From Candidatus Hydrogenedentota bacterium (GTDB taxonomy: Bacteria; Hydrogenedentota; Hydrogenedentia; Hydrogenedentales; SLHB01): a stretch of 64,000 bases of DNA. Where the stretch lies: the NCBI GenBank assembly GCA_963668025.2, contig CAXXTH010000017.1, forward strand, positions 576,001-640,000, given 5' to 3'. Made by a program: the position numbers and the translations under genes. How positions within the stretch are numbered: position 1 is the stretch's first letter; each line of letters starts with the position of its first letter. The notes beneath the pieces were generated by a model. It was not told the DNA's origin. It worked only from the letters and a program-made list of their open reading frames with translations, and made no database searches. Below, piece after piece: positions 37,322-48,300 of the stretch.

Positions 37322-37709
37322 ATCGCACCTCCCGCGCGTTGTCCTCGGGCCAGATGTGCTGGCAGGGAGTTTCTTCGATGTGGACTGCCTGGCCGTGCTC
37401 GAATGGTGGCGCGACGGCAACGCACGCCTGGTGGTGACGCGCGGCTTGCTGTCGGCGTATCTGGGCGTTCTGCGGTCGATGGGCATATCCGATGGCCTGC
37501 TGCGGCGGTGGGCACTCTGGTTCACTTCGCGAGATACCGCCGACACGCATATGGATGCATCCGCCCCAACCATAACCGCTTGCCTCGAACAGGCCGCAGC
37601 CTACGAAACCTGCTGCATCATCGTGAATCATCCCGCTTGGCGGGATGCGCTATCACTCGATAGGCAGGTCTATTCCGCCCGCGCCTTCATGACGGAACAG
37701 ATCCGCTAA
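37308..37709 (+). CDS. Degenerate PIN-like domain protein
   Basis: RVVLGPDVLAGSFF resembles the PIN start motif RVVLDTNVL; AGGAG RBS and GTG start overlapping the HTH gene. Confidence 0.5.
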   Translation: MEDSESHLPRVVLGPDVLAGSFFDVDCLAVLEWWRDGNARLVVTRGLLSAYLGVLRSMGISDGLLRRWALWFTSRDTADTHMDASAPTITACLEQAAAYETCCIIVNHPAWRDALSLDRQVYSARAFMTEQIR

Positions 37710-37870
37710 TGACGGCATCCTTTTCCTCCCATCACCTTCGCTGATACGTGATTTCTGGCGCGGCATTGACTTACCACGACTTTTCTTACTAGGATAACGC
37801 GCCTTCCGTCCCCGTATCGCGGGAATGGAAGGAGGATATGCGCCGTTTACGCAACAGAATGGACTGTCAT

Positions 37871-38374
37871 GTGAACGAGCCAAGATATCGACATATGCAT
37901 CTCTGGCGCGCCAGGGGATTTACCCTCGCGGAAGTGATGGTCGCGTTGGCGGTTATATCCGTAGCCGTCACGATTGGCATCACGCTCTACAGTGCCGCCG
38001 CGACAATCGGCCAAAACACCCGTAGCGCCCAAGCGGCTTCGACGCTTGCCGTGGAAGCGCTGGCAGCTCTCCGAAACCATCCCCATGACTATGTATGGCC
38101 CGCATTGCAAACAGGCGAACAAGTAGAAATCAAAGCGCGCAGTGGCGAACAGGCATGCAGCGCGCCCTCTGTATTGCCAATTGAACCGCGCGCAAACCGC
38201 CGGGAAGCGGCATTCTACACGCGCTGCGCCTGGCAGGCATACGCGCGGCTGCCGGAAGAACATGCGCCTTATATGGAGCTTGCCATCGTGATTCGATGGA
38301 ACGCCGCCGGACAGGCGCGGGCGTTCACACTCACCACTCTCGCGCCACGCGCCCTGGCGGAAGGAGGCGCATGA
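37871..38374 (+). CDS. Prepilin/pseudopilin (GspI/PilV-like)
   Basis: RGFTLAEVMVALAVI N-methylation motif; start uncertain. Confidence 0.85.
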   Translation: MNEPRYRHMHLWRARGFTLAEVMVALAVISVAVTIGITLYSAAATIGQNTRSAQAASTLAVEALAALRNHPHDYVWPALQTGEQVEIKARSGEQACSAPSVLPIEPRANRREAAFYTRCAWQAYARLPEEHAPYMELAIVIRWNAAGQARAFTLTTLAPRALAEGGA

Positions 38375-39003
38375 TGCGCACCCCGTTGAAACAGCGCGGC
38401 TTCAGCCTGGTGGAGCTTATCATCGCGATTGGCATTCTAGGCGTGGTGTCCACCATTGGCGCAGTCATGTTCATCCGCATGTCTGATTTGTGGGGCGGCA
38501 TGCTCCATCGTGTAGACCTCGATATTACGGCGGATAATGCGTTCGACACGATTGGACGGGATGTGCGGGGATTGCTCCCGCTTGGGCTGGCGGATAAGCC
38601 GTTCACAGGAATCCGTGGAGATAGCGAAAGTGAAGGCGGGCCTTCCTTCGCTTGTGACCAGTTTTCCTTTCCTGTGCGGATGTGGGTGAGGCAGCCCAGT
38701 GAACCGCCTCTTGAAACAGTGGGCCTTGCCACCTATGCGCTGGACCGGGAAAGCCATTCGCTGATCCGCACGCTCACGCCTGTATCCGCGTCCGATTCGG
38801 AGGGCCAGCGTACGCTCATCGCCGCAGGCGTATCGAGTTTTCGCGTGGAATATGATCCAGGGCCAGGCGGAGCGGGATGGCTGCCGGAATGGAAAGAAAG
38901 CCGCCTGCCCCGCGCCATCCGCGTGAGCATAGTCCTGATGAATCCCGATCCGCCGAACGAACAAATCGCCCGCAAAGCGGTGTTCCCCGTGGAGGCCGAG
39001 TGA
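38371..39003 (+). CDS. Pseudopilin (GspJ-like)
   Basis: RGFSLVELIIAIGIL; C-terminal W...LPRAIRVSI. Confidence 0.85.
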   Translation: MMRTPLKQRGFSLVELIIAIGILGVVSTIGAVMFIRMSDLWGGMLHRVDLDITADNAFDTIGRDVRGLLPLGLADKPFTGIRGDSESEGGPSFACDQFSFPVRMWVRQPSEPPLETVGLATYALDRESHSLIRTLTPVSASDSEGQRTLIAAGVSSFRVEYDPGPGGAGWLPEWKESRLPRAIRVSIVLMNPDPPNEQIARKAVFPVEAE

Positions 39004-39004
39004 T

Positions 39005-39985
39005 ATGCGCGATGTGTTTCGCATATACAGACGGAAAACCGATGAACGCGGGATGGCGCTCATCGCGGCGTTGGCGCTGCTGGTGGTGTTCTCGCTGCTC
39101 GGAGCGGCGTATGTGCGTTCCATGATGCTCGAAATGGACCGCACCAATATGCTCGCCGCCCAATTGCGCGCGCGCGAAGCAGCGGCGGCGGGGGTGCGTG
39201 CGGCGATCTGCAAACTGGAAATGGCGGTGGCGGCCCACGAGGCGGAGGCGCTGCTGGCGCAGCCGTTGAACTTCGATTTGCCTGGATACGCGGCGGATGC
39301 ACAGGGCGGTCTTACCCCGTCATCAAATTGGAAGGTGTCGGTGGAAGCCGTTCTAAGCGATGAAAGCGCACGGCTGAATCTGAATCATGCCCCATCAAGC
39401 GTGCTGGCGCTGGCCTTGGGGATTGACGGGGAAAAGGCCCGCGCGCTCGCCGCTTCGCTGCCACGGGCGGGCGCATCAGGCGAAGGCGCATGGCTCACCA
39501 GCCCGGATGAATTGGTCTTGCGGGGCATTCTCACGCCGGAAACCTATCAGCACCTGAATCCCAATTGGTTCACGGTATACACGGTCCCGGAGCCCGCCCA
39601 GCCTGCGGCATGGTTCAATGTCAACGGCGCACCCCCAGAGTTGCTGGCGGCGGTGCTTCATATCACCCCGGAAGCGGCGCAAGCCGTGGTCCGCGCCCGG
39701 CCCTTCATAAACGTGGCCCAACTGGCGCAAGCAGCAGGGAAAGAGCCTTCGACGTTCGGCCTCAAACCCGATGAAGCCAGCCCGGATGGCTTGCCCGCCG
39801 CGCTGGCGTTCGAGCCAGTAAGCTTCCGCATCCAATGCCGCGCCTCGGCGGCATATACCGGTGGAAGCGCCTCCGCCAAAGCGCAGGCGGAAGCCGTCGT
39901 TTGTTTTAACAATCGGAAAGAACCAGCGATTACGTATTGGAATGAATCCTCGCTGGACGGTGAGGCCGCTGAGAAGCGCATGTAG
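39005..39985 (+). CDS. GspK-like pseudopilin
   Basis: RGMALIAAL (no Glu5), DESARLNLN and NVNGAPPELL. Confidence 0.85.
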   Translation: MRDVFRIYRRKTDERGMALIAALALLVVFSLLGAAYVRSMMLEMDRTNMLAAQLRAREAAAAGVRAAICKLEMAVAAHEAEALLAQPLNFDLPGYAADAQGGLTPSSNWKVSVEAVLSDESARLNLNHAPSSVLALALGIDGEKARALAASLPRAGASGEGAWLTSPDELVLRGILTPETYQHLNPNWFTVYTVPEPAQPAAWFNVNGAPPELLAAVLHITPEAAQAVVRARPFINVAQLAQAAGKEPSTFGLKPDEASPDGLPAALAFEPVSFRIQCRASAAYTGGSASAKAQAEAVVCFNNRKEPAITYWNESSLDGEAAEKRM

Positions 39986-40022
39986 CCGGAACCAGCGTTG
40001 GTGAAATGGAGGTAGTGCAATC

Positions 40023-41261
40023 ATGCCCGAACAATCGTCTGAAGGCGAAATCAAGCGCGTCCGGCGCACTCCCGCGAAGCGCGCCGCCAAGAAGCTCGAT
40101 ATCACCGCGCAAGAAGAAACGCCGTTCACGCCATCCATTGACCCCGCCGCCCCTGTCCCGGCAGGATTCTGGGCCACCCAATTTTCGTTAGGCATCCGTG
40201 AAAGCGATATCCTGATTTTTCTGCGCCAGCTCATTTTACTGGTCGAGGCGGGAACGCCGCTGCTCAAGAGCCTGCATACGCTCGCGGCGCGCAGTGAGCG
40301 GCCCGCGTTGCGCGGCCTGGTTTCAGACATGGCTCAATTCGTCGAAATGGGCAATCCGTTATGGCAGGCCTTCGCCCGCCACCGGCGCTATTTCGACACG
40401 GTATTCGTGAATCTCGTCAAAGCCAGCGAGGCCAGCGGTACGCTGCTCACCGTCCTGAAACGGCTCACGGAATACCGGGAACGCCGGGTGCGCTTCGCGC
40501 GCCGGGTGCAAAGCGCCATGATCTACCCCATCATCGTGCTCGTGGCTTGCGCCGCCGTCGTGCTGCTCGTGGGCAAAGTCGTTCTTCCCACGCTCACCAC
40601 GAATGTGTTCGACAAGCTGGGAGCCCAAGTGCCCGCATTCACCAGCGGTTTCATTAGCACGGTCGCCTTTCTCACCAATAGTTGGGTGATTTTGCTTGGC
40701 TTCCTGCTGCTCGCGGGGCTAATCGCGCTTTATTATTATTGGGTGCGGAATCCGCTCAACCGGCTGCATATGGACCACCTCAAGCTGAGGCTCCCGTATG
40801 TGGGGCCGAATATCGTGCGCAAGAACGCCGTTGTCGAAATGACGCGCAGCTTGGGCCTTCTCCTGCGTAGCGGGCTTTCGATGATGACATGCCTAGAATT
40901 GACCCGCAGCGCGATTCGCAACCGCGCGGTGGCCCGCGTGCTGCAAGATGTCCTGGATTCCGTCGAGCGCGGGGAAGGATTCGAGCGGCCCTTGCGCGCC
41001 GTGCCGCATATCGTGCCGCCGGTAGTCACCGACATGCTTGTGACGGGTGAAGAGACCGGCCAGATCGACTCCATCGCGGAACACATCGCGGAAGCGTATG
41101 AAGAAGAAGTGAATGTCCACGTGAACACCCTGGCGGAACTCGTTCCGCCCGTCATCGCGGTGGTCATGGGCGGATTTGTGCTCGTGCTCGTATTGGCGGT
41201 ATTCCTGCCGCTGATCTCGATGATCAACCAGCTCAGCGCGGGCGCGGGAATGCCCATGTGA
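40023..41261 (+). CDS. Type II secretion/T4P inner-membrane platform protein (GspF/PilC)
   Basis: FLRQLILLVEAG, SEASGTL, AMIYP and GEETGQID. Confidence 0.92.
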   Translation: MPEQSSEGEIKRVRRTPAKRAAKKLDITAQEETPFTPSIDPAAPVPAGFWATQFSLGIRESDILIFLRQLILLVEAGTPLLKSLHTLAARSERPALRGLVSDMAQFVEMGNPLWQAFARHRRYFDTVFVNLVKASEASGTLLTVLKRLTEYRERRVRFARRVQSAMIYPIIVLVACAAVVLLVGKVVLPTLTTNVFDKLGAQVPAFTSGFISTVAFLTNSWVILLGFLLLAGLIALYYYWVRNPLNRLHMDHLKLRLPYVGPNIVRKNAVVEMTRSLGLLLRSGLSMMTCLELTRSAIRNRAVARVLQDVLDSVERGEGFERPLRAVPHIVPPVVTDMLVTGEETGQIDSIAEHIAEAYEEEVNVHVNTLAELVPPVIAVVMGGFVLVLVLAVFLPLISMINQLSAGAGMPM

Positions 41262-41454
41262 TTGATGTTCTTGTGTAATACGTTAGCCAATTGAAGCAGT
41301 ATTTGATGGTTTTTGCCTTATTTATTGCACGAAACGGTATTGATACGCCATTCTTTTTCAGGGTGGGCCTTAATGTGTTGAAGTTCATATGAGGCCTGTG
41401 TATCATACCTGTGTGACCGGTGGTGGTATGTACTGATATACCGGATTTTGTTGC

Positions 41455-42329
41455 ATGATTGTATGGAAGCCTTCGTTTCCCCGCTATAAGCGCCCCTTGG
41501 GATACTGGCGTTTGCTGCACGCACGGCAGCGCTATTTCGACACCTTGAAATTGGGCTTCGGCGGCACGCTGGGCCTGCGCCTCGAACGGCGGCCCGGCTA
41601 TCAATCGCGCATGTGGCGCTGGCGCAACCGGTATGCGGGCCGGCGCTGTTTCGTTATCGGCAATGGCCCCCAGCCTGCGCGAAATGGATGTATGGCCGTT
41701 GCGGCGCGAAGTCACCATCGGGTCGAACGGCCTCTACACGCTCTTTGGCGGAATGGGGTTTTAGCACCCATTACCTCCTCTTCGAAGACATCGAGCAGAC
41801 GGAACTGCGCGGGCCGGAGCTCCATCGCATCCGCAATGTCGTCAAACTGGCCGCTTTGTATAACGCCTACGCCATCCGCCCCGACGCGAACACCTATTTC
41901 TTCAATGCCCGGTATGGCAATAAGCCGTATTGGCGTGAGATGGCCCCCCGGTTCAGCACGGATTTCGCCGATATCGTGTATCTTGGCTCGACGGTCACGT
42001 ATATCGCCTTGCAGCTTGCTTTCTATCTCGGCTGCGACCCGGTATATCTCATCGGCGTGGACCATGATTATGGTGAACTGTCCAAGCGGTATCCTCCGGG
42101 CAAAATCACCATCACCGAAGAGAATTACCCACTGGTGCAGCAGTGCCATTTCAGTGGGCGGTATTATACAATCGGGGATCAAATCGGCGTGCCCGATGTA
42201 GCGCGCCAAGAACAGGCTTATGCCATGGCCCGGAGCGTGTATGAATCCCATGGACGCCAGGTCCTGAACGCCTCATTATGCAGCAAGCTCGATGCGTTCG
42301 AGCGAGCGGACTACGCTTCTTTGTTTTGA
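41455..42329 (+). pseudogene. DUF115/MptE-like (Maf/sialyltransferase-like) protein, split by two +1 frameshifts
   Basis: RCFVIGNGP[SL] and STVTYIALQLAFYLGCDPVYLIGVDHDY; extra C at about 41667-71 and extra G at about 41747. Confidence 0.75.
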
Positions 42330-42358
42330 TCCTGGGCGCGCAAGGGGGGAAAGCGAAC

Positions 42359-43620
42359 ATGCGCATCCTATTCATTACGCATGCCATGGACCGCACCGGC
42401 GCGCCTATGAGCTTGCTGGCGTTGTTGCGCTATTTCCGCCGCCATACGGATTGGGACATGCGGATTCTGGCGCGTCGCGGCGGACTCATCGAGCCGCTCT
42501 TCCACGATATTGCGCCCGTGGACGCTTATTTGATTCCACCCGCCAAGGCCGGCCTGGCCGGTGCGGCGTGTGCGCTCCAGCATATCGGAATTGCGCGCCG
42601 GACGGCCACGCCATGCATTCAAACGGCTGCTCGGCTTCGAATCCGCTGTCCCTGGACTCAATGAACAGCGGAAACGCCTCCAGCGTGAACATACCGGCGC
42701 GTTGCGCGCCATCTATCGCGGATGGCGGCCCGATGTGGTCTTTTCCAATACGGCCATGAATGGCGATTGCATCGAGGCCCTCGAATTGGATGCGCCGCTT
42801 TTAGTTCATGTGCGAGAATTGGCGGGAACCCTGCGCCAATTGGAGGGGGTGCGCCTCGACTCATTTCTTCAGCGTCCCGCCCGGTATCTCGCCGTATCAC
42901 ATACCGTGCGCGACTACCTTGCCACCCACTATGGGCTTCCTCCTTCCCGAATAGGCCTTGCGCCAGCAGCCATTGAATGCGACGCCGTTATCGCAGGAGC
43001 GCGCACATTGGACCGCGCGTCCGTGCTACGTGAATTGGGCCTTGGCCGGGACGCCCCGCATCGTGGGAGGCGTGGGGCATGTAGGGGCGCGCAAAGGCGT
43101 GGATATCTTCGTGGCGGCAGCCCGGCGCATGCTGGACCGGCTCGATGGCCACATGAACACGCATTTTGTCTGGATTGGCGATGGCCCCGAGCTCGATGCC
43201 ATTCGCATGAAAGTGCGACAGGCAGGCTTGGCGGGCTCGGTCCATTTTATCGGTCCGCGCACCAATCCTTATCCATATATGAACGCTTTCGATGTGCTCT
43301 TAATGACATCGCGAGATGACCCGTTTCCGCGCGTTAATCTCGAATGCGGTATTCTGGGCGTGCCAGTGGCGGCGTTCGAAGGTTCGGGAGGCTCCAAGGA
43401 ATTCATCGGGAACGATTGTGGCGTGTTAGCGCCGGGATTCGACCGGGAAAAGCTGGCGGAAGCAGCGGCAGCCTTGTTGCTTGATGCCGGACGCCGCATG
43501 TCCATGGGGGGCCAAGCCGCGCGGAACGTGCGTGCGCGCTACGATATATCCTCGGTGGCTCCCGGCGTGCTGGAGGAGGTGATGGCCTTAGCTTCAGGCG
43601 CGCGAGGGAAGCTTCGATAA
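42359..43620 (+). pseudogene. GT4 glycosyltransferase split by two +1 frameshifts
   Basis: MRILFITH..GAP, HVRE, RKGVDIF and SRDDPFPRVNLE lie in three successive frames. Confidence 0.75.
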
Positions 43621-43652
43621 CGGTAACAGCCCAGCAGCCTGCTCAAACCTCC

Positions 43653-44438
43653 TTGCCGCGGGAGCCGCTCGTATCGGTCTTAATCACCAGTTACAATTAT
43701 GCGCGTTATTTGGAGGAAGCCATTGGCAGCGTGTACGCGCAAACCTATCGAAACATCGAATTGATCATCGTGGACGACGGTTCGGAAGATGACTCCAGGG
43801 AAGCCATCGGCCGGGCCGTGCGGCATGCCCCTTTCTGTACGAAGAGCATTTTCAAGACCCATGGCGGCCAGGCAAGCGCATTGAACGCGGGCTTCGATAT
43901 GGCGCGCGGCGAATTAGTCTGCTTGCTGGACAGCGATGACGCCTGGCGTCCGGAAAAAGTGGAACGCATGGTGCGTTTCGCACTCGAGCGGCCCGATGGC
44001 GGCGTATACCAGCATCAGCTTGACGCGGGAAACGGCCAGCCTAAGCGGAATAGCCTCATGAATGGGGATATCCTGGCGCAATGGCGCGAGCTGGGCGAGG
44101 TGAATGTCGCGGTTCATTCCGATATGGTGGCGGTTTTCGTTCCATCGACGGGGCTCATGTGGCGCAAGGCCATACTCGAACGGATATTCCCGATTCCCGA
44201 GGCGCTGGTCGCCTGTCCTGACGCCTATCTTACGCGCTCTGCTTGCTGTTATGGCCCGCTGTATTCGCTGCATGAAGTGCTGGGCTCCTGGCGCGACCAC
44301 GGTAAGAATGCCGGTAAAAACGGCTTTAACTTCCGGCGTTTCTGGGTGCCTGTCGTCATGCCAGCGATTAATGAATTCTTCGCCCGCAATGGCGTTCCCG
44401 TGCGGTATGTCCACCGGCCAGAGGAGAAAATCGGATGA
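43653..44438 (+). CDS. GT2 glycosyltransferase
   Basis: VSVLITSYN, VDDGSED and LDSDD. Confidence 0.9.
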   Translation: MPREPLVSVLITSYNYARYLEEAIGSVYAQTYRNIELIIVDDGSEDDSREAIGRAVRHAPFCTKSIFKTHGGQASALNAGFDMARGELVCLLDSDDAWRPEKVERMVRFALERPDGGVYQHQLDAGNGQPKRNSLMNGDILAQWRELGEVNVAVHSDMVAVFVPSTGLMWRKAILERIFPIPEALVACPDAYLTRSACCYGPLYSLHEVLGSWRDHGKNAGKNGFNFRRFWVPVVMPAINEFFARNGVPVRYVHRPEEKIG

Positions 44439-45010
44439 ATGAATCGAGGCCGCCGTCAGAATTGCTGGACCATACGGTGCGTTCCGCGGCTCGGGGCATG
44501 TTAAGCCCGCCCAAAGTGCGTTATCTGAATCAGCTATACGAAGTACTCGAACGCCATGCCCCAGCGCACATCGAAGCCATTCTCGAATGGGGCACGGGCC
44601 ACAGCACTTCCTACCTTTATGATCTGGCGGAGATGCGCGGCGCACGCCTTTTCGCCACCATCGACCATGAAGCGGATTACCAAGCAGAGATGCTCCGCGC
44701 CTTCCCGCCCGCGTCTTTTTTCGAGGCCCATGTCGTAGACCTCATCGGAGCCCGGTTACGACAAGGACGGGACGATTCCTATAATTACGCCACATACCCA
44801 TTCCAGTATGGCCATGCATTCAGCCTGATCTATATCGACGGGCGGCGGCGCAATGAATGCTTGCTGGTGGCGTCGGAGCTGCTTGATGCGGACGGCGTGG
44901 CCATCCTGCACGACGCCACCCGCCGGCGGTATGAAGTAGGTATGCGCCTTTTTGAACAGGTAGCCTTTTATGAACGGGCGGGCGGTATCGCGGTGTTGCG
45001 GCGCAAATAA
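44435..45010 (+). CDS. Class I SAM-dependent methyltransferase
   Basis: ILEWGTGHST, IYIDGRRR and LHD. Confidence 0.8.
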   Translation: MNESRPPSELLDHTVRSAARGMLSPPKVRYLNQLYEVLERHAPAHIEAILEWGTGHSTSYLYDLAEMRGARLFATIDHEADYQAEMLRAFPPASFFEAHVVDLIGARLRQGRDDSYNYATYPFQYGHAFSLIYIDGRRRNECLLVASELLDADGVAILHDATRRRYEVGMRLFEQVAFYERAGGIAVLRRK

Positions 45011-45187
45011 GTTTTTTGAGACAGGATTTACAAGATAGGACAAGATTTTTTGATAGCGATTTCGTTGCCCCAAGAAACGTGTTAGGGCGCTTCATCGATT
45101 AGCTATAATGATTACGAGCATGTCCAATCTTGTTAATCTTGTTAATCCTGTCTAAAAAGTTCTTGCTTTATTCCGCTAAAGTGTTAC
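45011..45187 (-). mobile_element. Truncated inverted copy of the MITE at 53824-54102
   Basis: TIR tccgctaaagtgttac at 45172-87 plus homologous internal acaagat repeats; second TIR absent. Confidence 0.7.
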
Positions 45188-45344
45188 CAAAATTTGAAGC
45201 TATTTGGATCCAGGGATGACACTGATATAGGATCAATAACATCGTGATCGGAGTCACAAAGCATTCCACTTAATATTTCAGCCGGGCATATATTTTGGTC
45301 TTGCGGCCAGCCCGGCGAAAAGATGCGCGGGCCTGGAGTCACCT

Positions 45345-48300
45345 ATGGTTTCGGTACATATCATTGCAGATAAGAAGAGTGCGCTTTTCGCTGCTTGGGC
45401 GGAAAAACTTGCCCGCGCCCTCGACTATGTTACATGGGGGCATGAGCCGGATTTTACCGCGCCCATCCAATATTATATACCTTATGCCCTATATCAGAGC
45501 CGGGTATCGGAAAGGGAACTGGCGTTATTCATGCAGCCCGGTTCATCGATGAAACCCATCGAGCGCTTCACCCAAGCCGCCGCCGATATGGATTGCTGCG
45601 TATGCCTGTCCGAAGCCTGCGCGGCGGAATTGTATGGCCTTGGCGCGGCGCAGGTGGAAATTCTCCCACCGCCGATGGATGAAGAAGCGCTCGATCCTTG
45701 TTTGACGGTGGGCGTGCCCGGCAGCGCGTTCGACGATGAGGGCGAAGGCGCGGCGTTGGTGGCGGAAGTATGGGGCATGCCGGGTGTCATCTGGCGTTTC
45801 CAAGGCGAAGGCTGGCCAGCGCCGCCGGATCCTACGGCGCACTGTTCGCACCGCGCGTTTTATCAGAGCGTGGATTGTATTCTCATCCCATCGGGCAGCG
45901 AACAGGCCGCCTGCTATGCCCGGGAAGCGCTGGCATGCGGCAAAATAGTCATCGCACCCAAATTACGCTGGCATGCATATGCCAGCGAACTCCATATATA
46001 CGAGCAAGATAGCGTCATCGAATTAAAACAGGTGCTATCACAATTGGCGGCGCGTCAAGCCAAACCGCCCTCTTCTTCCATAGACGCTTGGATTGCCGCG
46101 CATGACGCCCTATTCCAGCGGATCGGGAGCGCGCTACCCGAGGATGCCCGTGAGAAACGCCTTTCTGGCCCTGTGGGATTGTGGATGGAAAAGCAGCGGG
46201 AAGGCGCAAGCCGGGGCGGCCCGTCTTTACGGGTTCCGCGAACAGTGGCGGAACTGCGGGCGCTGGGAGTGCGGGCGGGAAGCATCGAGCGCCGCCAATT
46301 GAAATTCCATCGTTTCAGTCTTGTTCATGGATTCAACATATGGCCGCCGGAAGCCGCTGGGGCCTTCGTGGAAGAGGCGCGCGCCTCGGGCGCGTCCATT
46401 GTCTTTTCTCCAATCCTATTGGATTTATCGGAGAGCCCGCTATTCGAGGAAGAAATCCCAAACCTCTTTAAACACGCCGCCACATCCGTAGAGATCGACG
46501 CCGGTTTCGCGGCGTTGCGCCAGCGGCGGGCGAAGGAAATCGAGGTGGGATATGCGTTGCGTGAAGGGCGGTCCGGGTTGTTTGGCCGTATCCGGCGCGT
46601 ACTTGACGCCGTGGATCATGTGATTTGCCTGAGCGAGGAAGAACGGTCGCTGCTCCACGCCATGGGGGTCGAGCCTCGAGCCGTGTCGCTCGTGCATAAC
46701 GCCACGGACGTGGAATTTTATGCTTCGGGTGATCCGGAGCTGTTCGCCCAAGCCTATGCCCTGCGCGAGTATGTCTTATGTGTGGGGCGCATCGAGCCGC
46801 GCAAGAACCAGCTCACGCTGCTGCATGCGCTACGGGGCGTGGACATCCCCATCGTACTGCTTGGGCATTCCGAAACACCCGATTACCTCGAACTGGTGCG
46901 TCGGCATGCCGGGCCAAACGTCCACATCATCGACCGGCTGTCCGCCGGAAGTGAGATGCTCGCATCGGCGTATGCGGGCGCGCGGGTGTTTGTGTTGCCA
47001 AGCTGGTGCGAAGGGGCGTCGTTATCGACCCTCGAAGCAGCGGCGGCGGGTTGCGCGCTGGTGTTGTCCGACCGTTCCGCCGAACAGGAGTATTTCGGCG
47101 AATTCGCCCGTTATTGCAGCCCCGCCGACCCAGACGCCCTGCGCGCGGCCGTACTTGATGCATGGGAGCATCCGCTTACACCTGAAGCACGCGCCCGGCA
47201 GCAAGCGTTTATTCATGAGCAATACAATTGGGAGCGCCACACACGAGCGATCACTCGAGTGTATGAGGCCACCCTCGCCGCCGAAAAACGCCCTCACCGA
47301 ACGCTTGTATGTGGTTCCACGCTGCCGCATATCTATGTAGACCTGACCTCCAGCGCCCGCCGCCTCGGCCCGCCGACCGGCATTAGCCGCCTCGAAACCA
47401 TGTGCGCGTTGCATTTACAGCGTGTCATGCCTGAGCGCATCACCTTCGTGGCGTGGCATTGGGGCCTCGAAGCCTTCTCGCCGATAACCCCCGGGCAACT
47501 GCTGGATGGATCTTATAAAATGCTGGTCCATGAAGGCACGGGATGGGATGGCGATGCTTCGCAGTCCGAGGAGAACCACACGCCAAAACGCATCGAGCGC
47601 GCGGGCGTGCCGCCTTTCGGACTGGTGGATTTCGAGCCAGGCTCCTTGTTTCTCGTCATGGGCGGCATGTGGATGAACCGGAAAGACTATCTCGATGGAT
47701 TGCTGGCTACGAAGCGGGTGCGCCGCCTGCGGCTCATCGGTTGCGTATGCGACGTGATCCGCGCCCAGTTTCCGTATCTATATCCTGAAGACATATCGAG
47801 CCATTTCACCCACATGGCCAGCCGCTTCTTGCGCATGCTGGATAAAGCCGTGGCCATCTCGGCGTGCGGCGCGCGTGACCTCGAAGCCTTCTGCGAACGG
47901 CGCCTAATACCCTTAGCGGACCTTTCCGTCATCCGGCTGGGCGACGAAATAGGGGAAATCACCGAGCCTGGCGGCGATGTCTTGGCGGAATTGCAAGCCC
48001 TGCTGAACGGCGAGCCGTTTGTGCTCTGCGTGAGCGCCCTGGATGTACGGAAAAACCACACGCTGCTCCATCGGCTCTGGCTTCGGCTTATCGAGCAATT
48101 CGGCGAACGTACGCCCCATCTCGTCTTGGTGGGCGCGCCAAGCCATCATGTCGATGACTTGCTGGCTATCATGCAACACGATGAACACCTGATGCGCCGC
48201 GTCCATATTTCGCATGAAGTGCGGGATGGCGCACTTGATTGGCTCTACCGCAACTGCCTATTCACGGTTTATCCATCGCTGTACGAAGGCTGGGGCATTC

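Noticed and set aside
45011-45160. CRISPR-like repeats
   Set aside because: The units are short, inverted and lack regular spacers, no cas genes are present, and the MITE explains them.
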